64,000 nt of DNA from Botryllus schlosseri (taxonomy: Eukaryota): NCBI GenBank assembly GCA_051294905.1, contig CM119372.1, forward strand, positions 8,868,001 to 8,932,000. Direction: 5' to 3'. The notes under the pieces are model-generated. The model searched no databases. It was not told the origin of the DNA and saw only the letters and a program-made list of their open reading frames with translations. Below are positions 63,246 through 64,000 of this stretch, piece after piece. Position 1 is the first letter of the stretch. Every line of letters begins with the position of its first letter. A program made the position numbers and the translations under genes.

Positions 63246-63649
63246 ATGGCACAATCAGACCCATCACAATTTCGAAACTGGATCTTGGTTGGCAAGGGAC
63301 TTATCAGGCGGGGTGAATGCATAGCTAAAGGAGGAGAATCAGAAGTTTTCTGGTACGTTTACCTAGATTTTCAGCTGTGCGGCTTTTTTTATTGCAAATT
63401 TCTTCGTTGTAGGGGCAGCTTCAATGGCGGACATGTGGCATTGAAAGTGGTTGCTAATCGTACCACTTCCAATGAAACGAATGTACTTCAACTCCTGAAT
63501 CACCCAAATATCATAGACATACTTTACCATGTACGTATTTTTATTACGAATATTATTTCACAAATATAAATTTGCATATGTGAATACAGGAGATTGTCGA
63601 CACTCATACATATATCGTTTTGGAGCTTTGTCATTCTAACTTGAATGAG
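63246..63649 (+). CDS. Protein kinase, N-lobe exons 63246-63352, 63413-63530, 63590-63649; continues beyond what is visible in this window
   Basis: Spliced peptide IAKGGESEVFWGSFNGGHVALKVV...NETNVLQLLNHPNIIDILYHEIVDTHTYIVLELCHSNL covers kinase subdomains I-V; GT-AG introns in phase. Confidence 0.85.
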
Positions 63650-64000
63650 GTATGTAACTTTGTCTGTGTTATCGGATAATAATTGTCTTTAACAAGGTAA
63701 TCATATAGGTAGTAGGCTATACTGTGTACATATGTATTCGAAGTAGAAGGTAGCCATTGTCGGTATTCAAGTAAAAGTAGAAGTGATACCTTTCATAATG
63801 ATGATTAGCGGTTAGAAAAATTTCTTTCACTCAAGGCAGACAATGTTCGATGCGATATACAAGGCACTGCTGTCTATCAGTCTAGCACCCATATTGGCCT
63901 ACTGTAACAGTGTTTGATCGTGTTATTTGGGCTGTCTTTATTTTGACGCTTCCTCAACTTTTTCCTTCCCTTCATTGATAGTAATCGGTTCGCTGATCTC

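Noticed and set aside
1..64000. Prokaryotic operon, defence system, tRNA or rRNA genes
   Set aside because: None seen; spliceosomal introns and animal genes throughout.

Overview
This is AT-rich eukaryotic (invertebrate animal) genomic DNA with GT-AG introns and dense transposon content. An ascidian-like origin is plausible but only an impression. Host genes, reconstructed by hand from splice sites and reading-frame phase: (1) a 5-exon NAD(P)H-dependent FMN/quinone reductase (3582-7749, +); (2) a 5-exon BIR-UBA-RING inhibitor of apoptosis (12681-14298, -); (3) a large multi-exon low-complexity orphan gene (~22789-39628, +); (4) intronless OTUD5 (46236-48119, +); (5) intronless TMEM98 (51561-52262, -); (6) the first three exons of a protein kinase (63246-63649, +). 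The most notable structures are two non-autonomous DNA transposons carrying accessory genes. The first is a 6.66-kb CACTG-ended EnSpm/CACTA-type element (32884-39540, TG target-site duplication, TSD) inside the last coding exon of the orphan gene. It carries a spliced SAMD3-like gene and a subterminal repeat array but no transposase. The second is a 2.7-kb P-element-like unit (41149-43875, 7-bp TSD) with a decayed THAP exon pair and a convergent C2H2 zinc-finger ORF. There are also more than 15 hAT-type MITEs with 8-bp TSDs, including whole-length fold-back elements, three CR1-group LINE 3' ends, and a decayed ORF region that weakly resembles a negative-strand RNA virus polymerase motif. No CRISPR array, rRNA or tRNA was seen. 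All family assignments come from motif recognition by eye; no searches were run.
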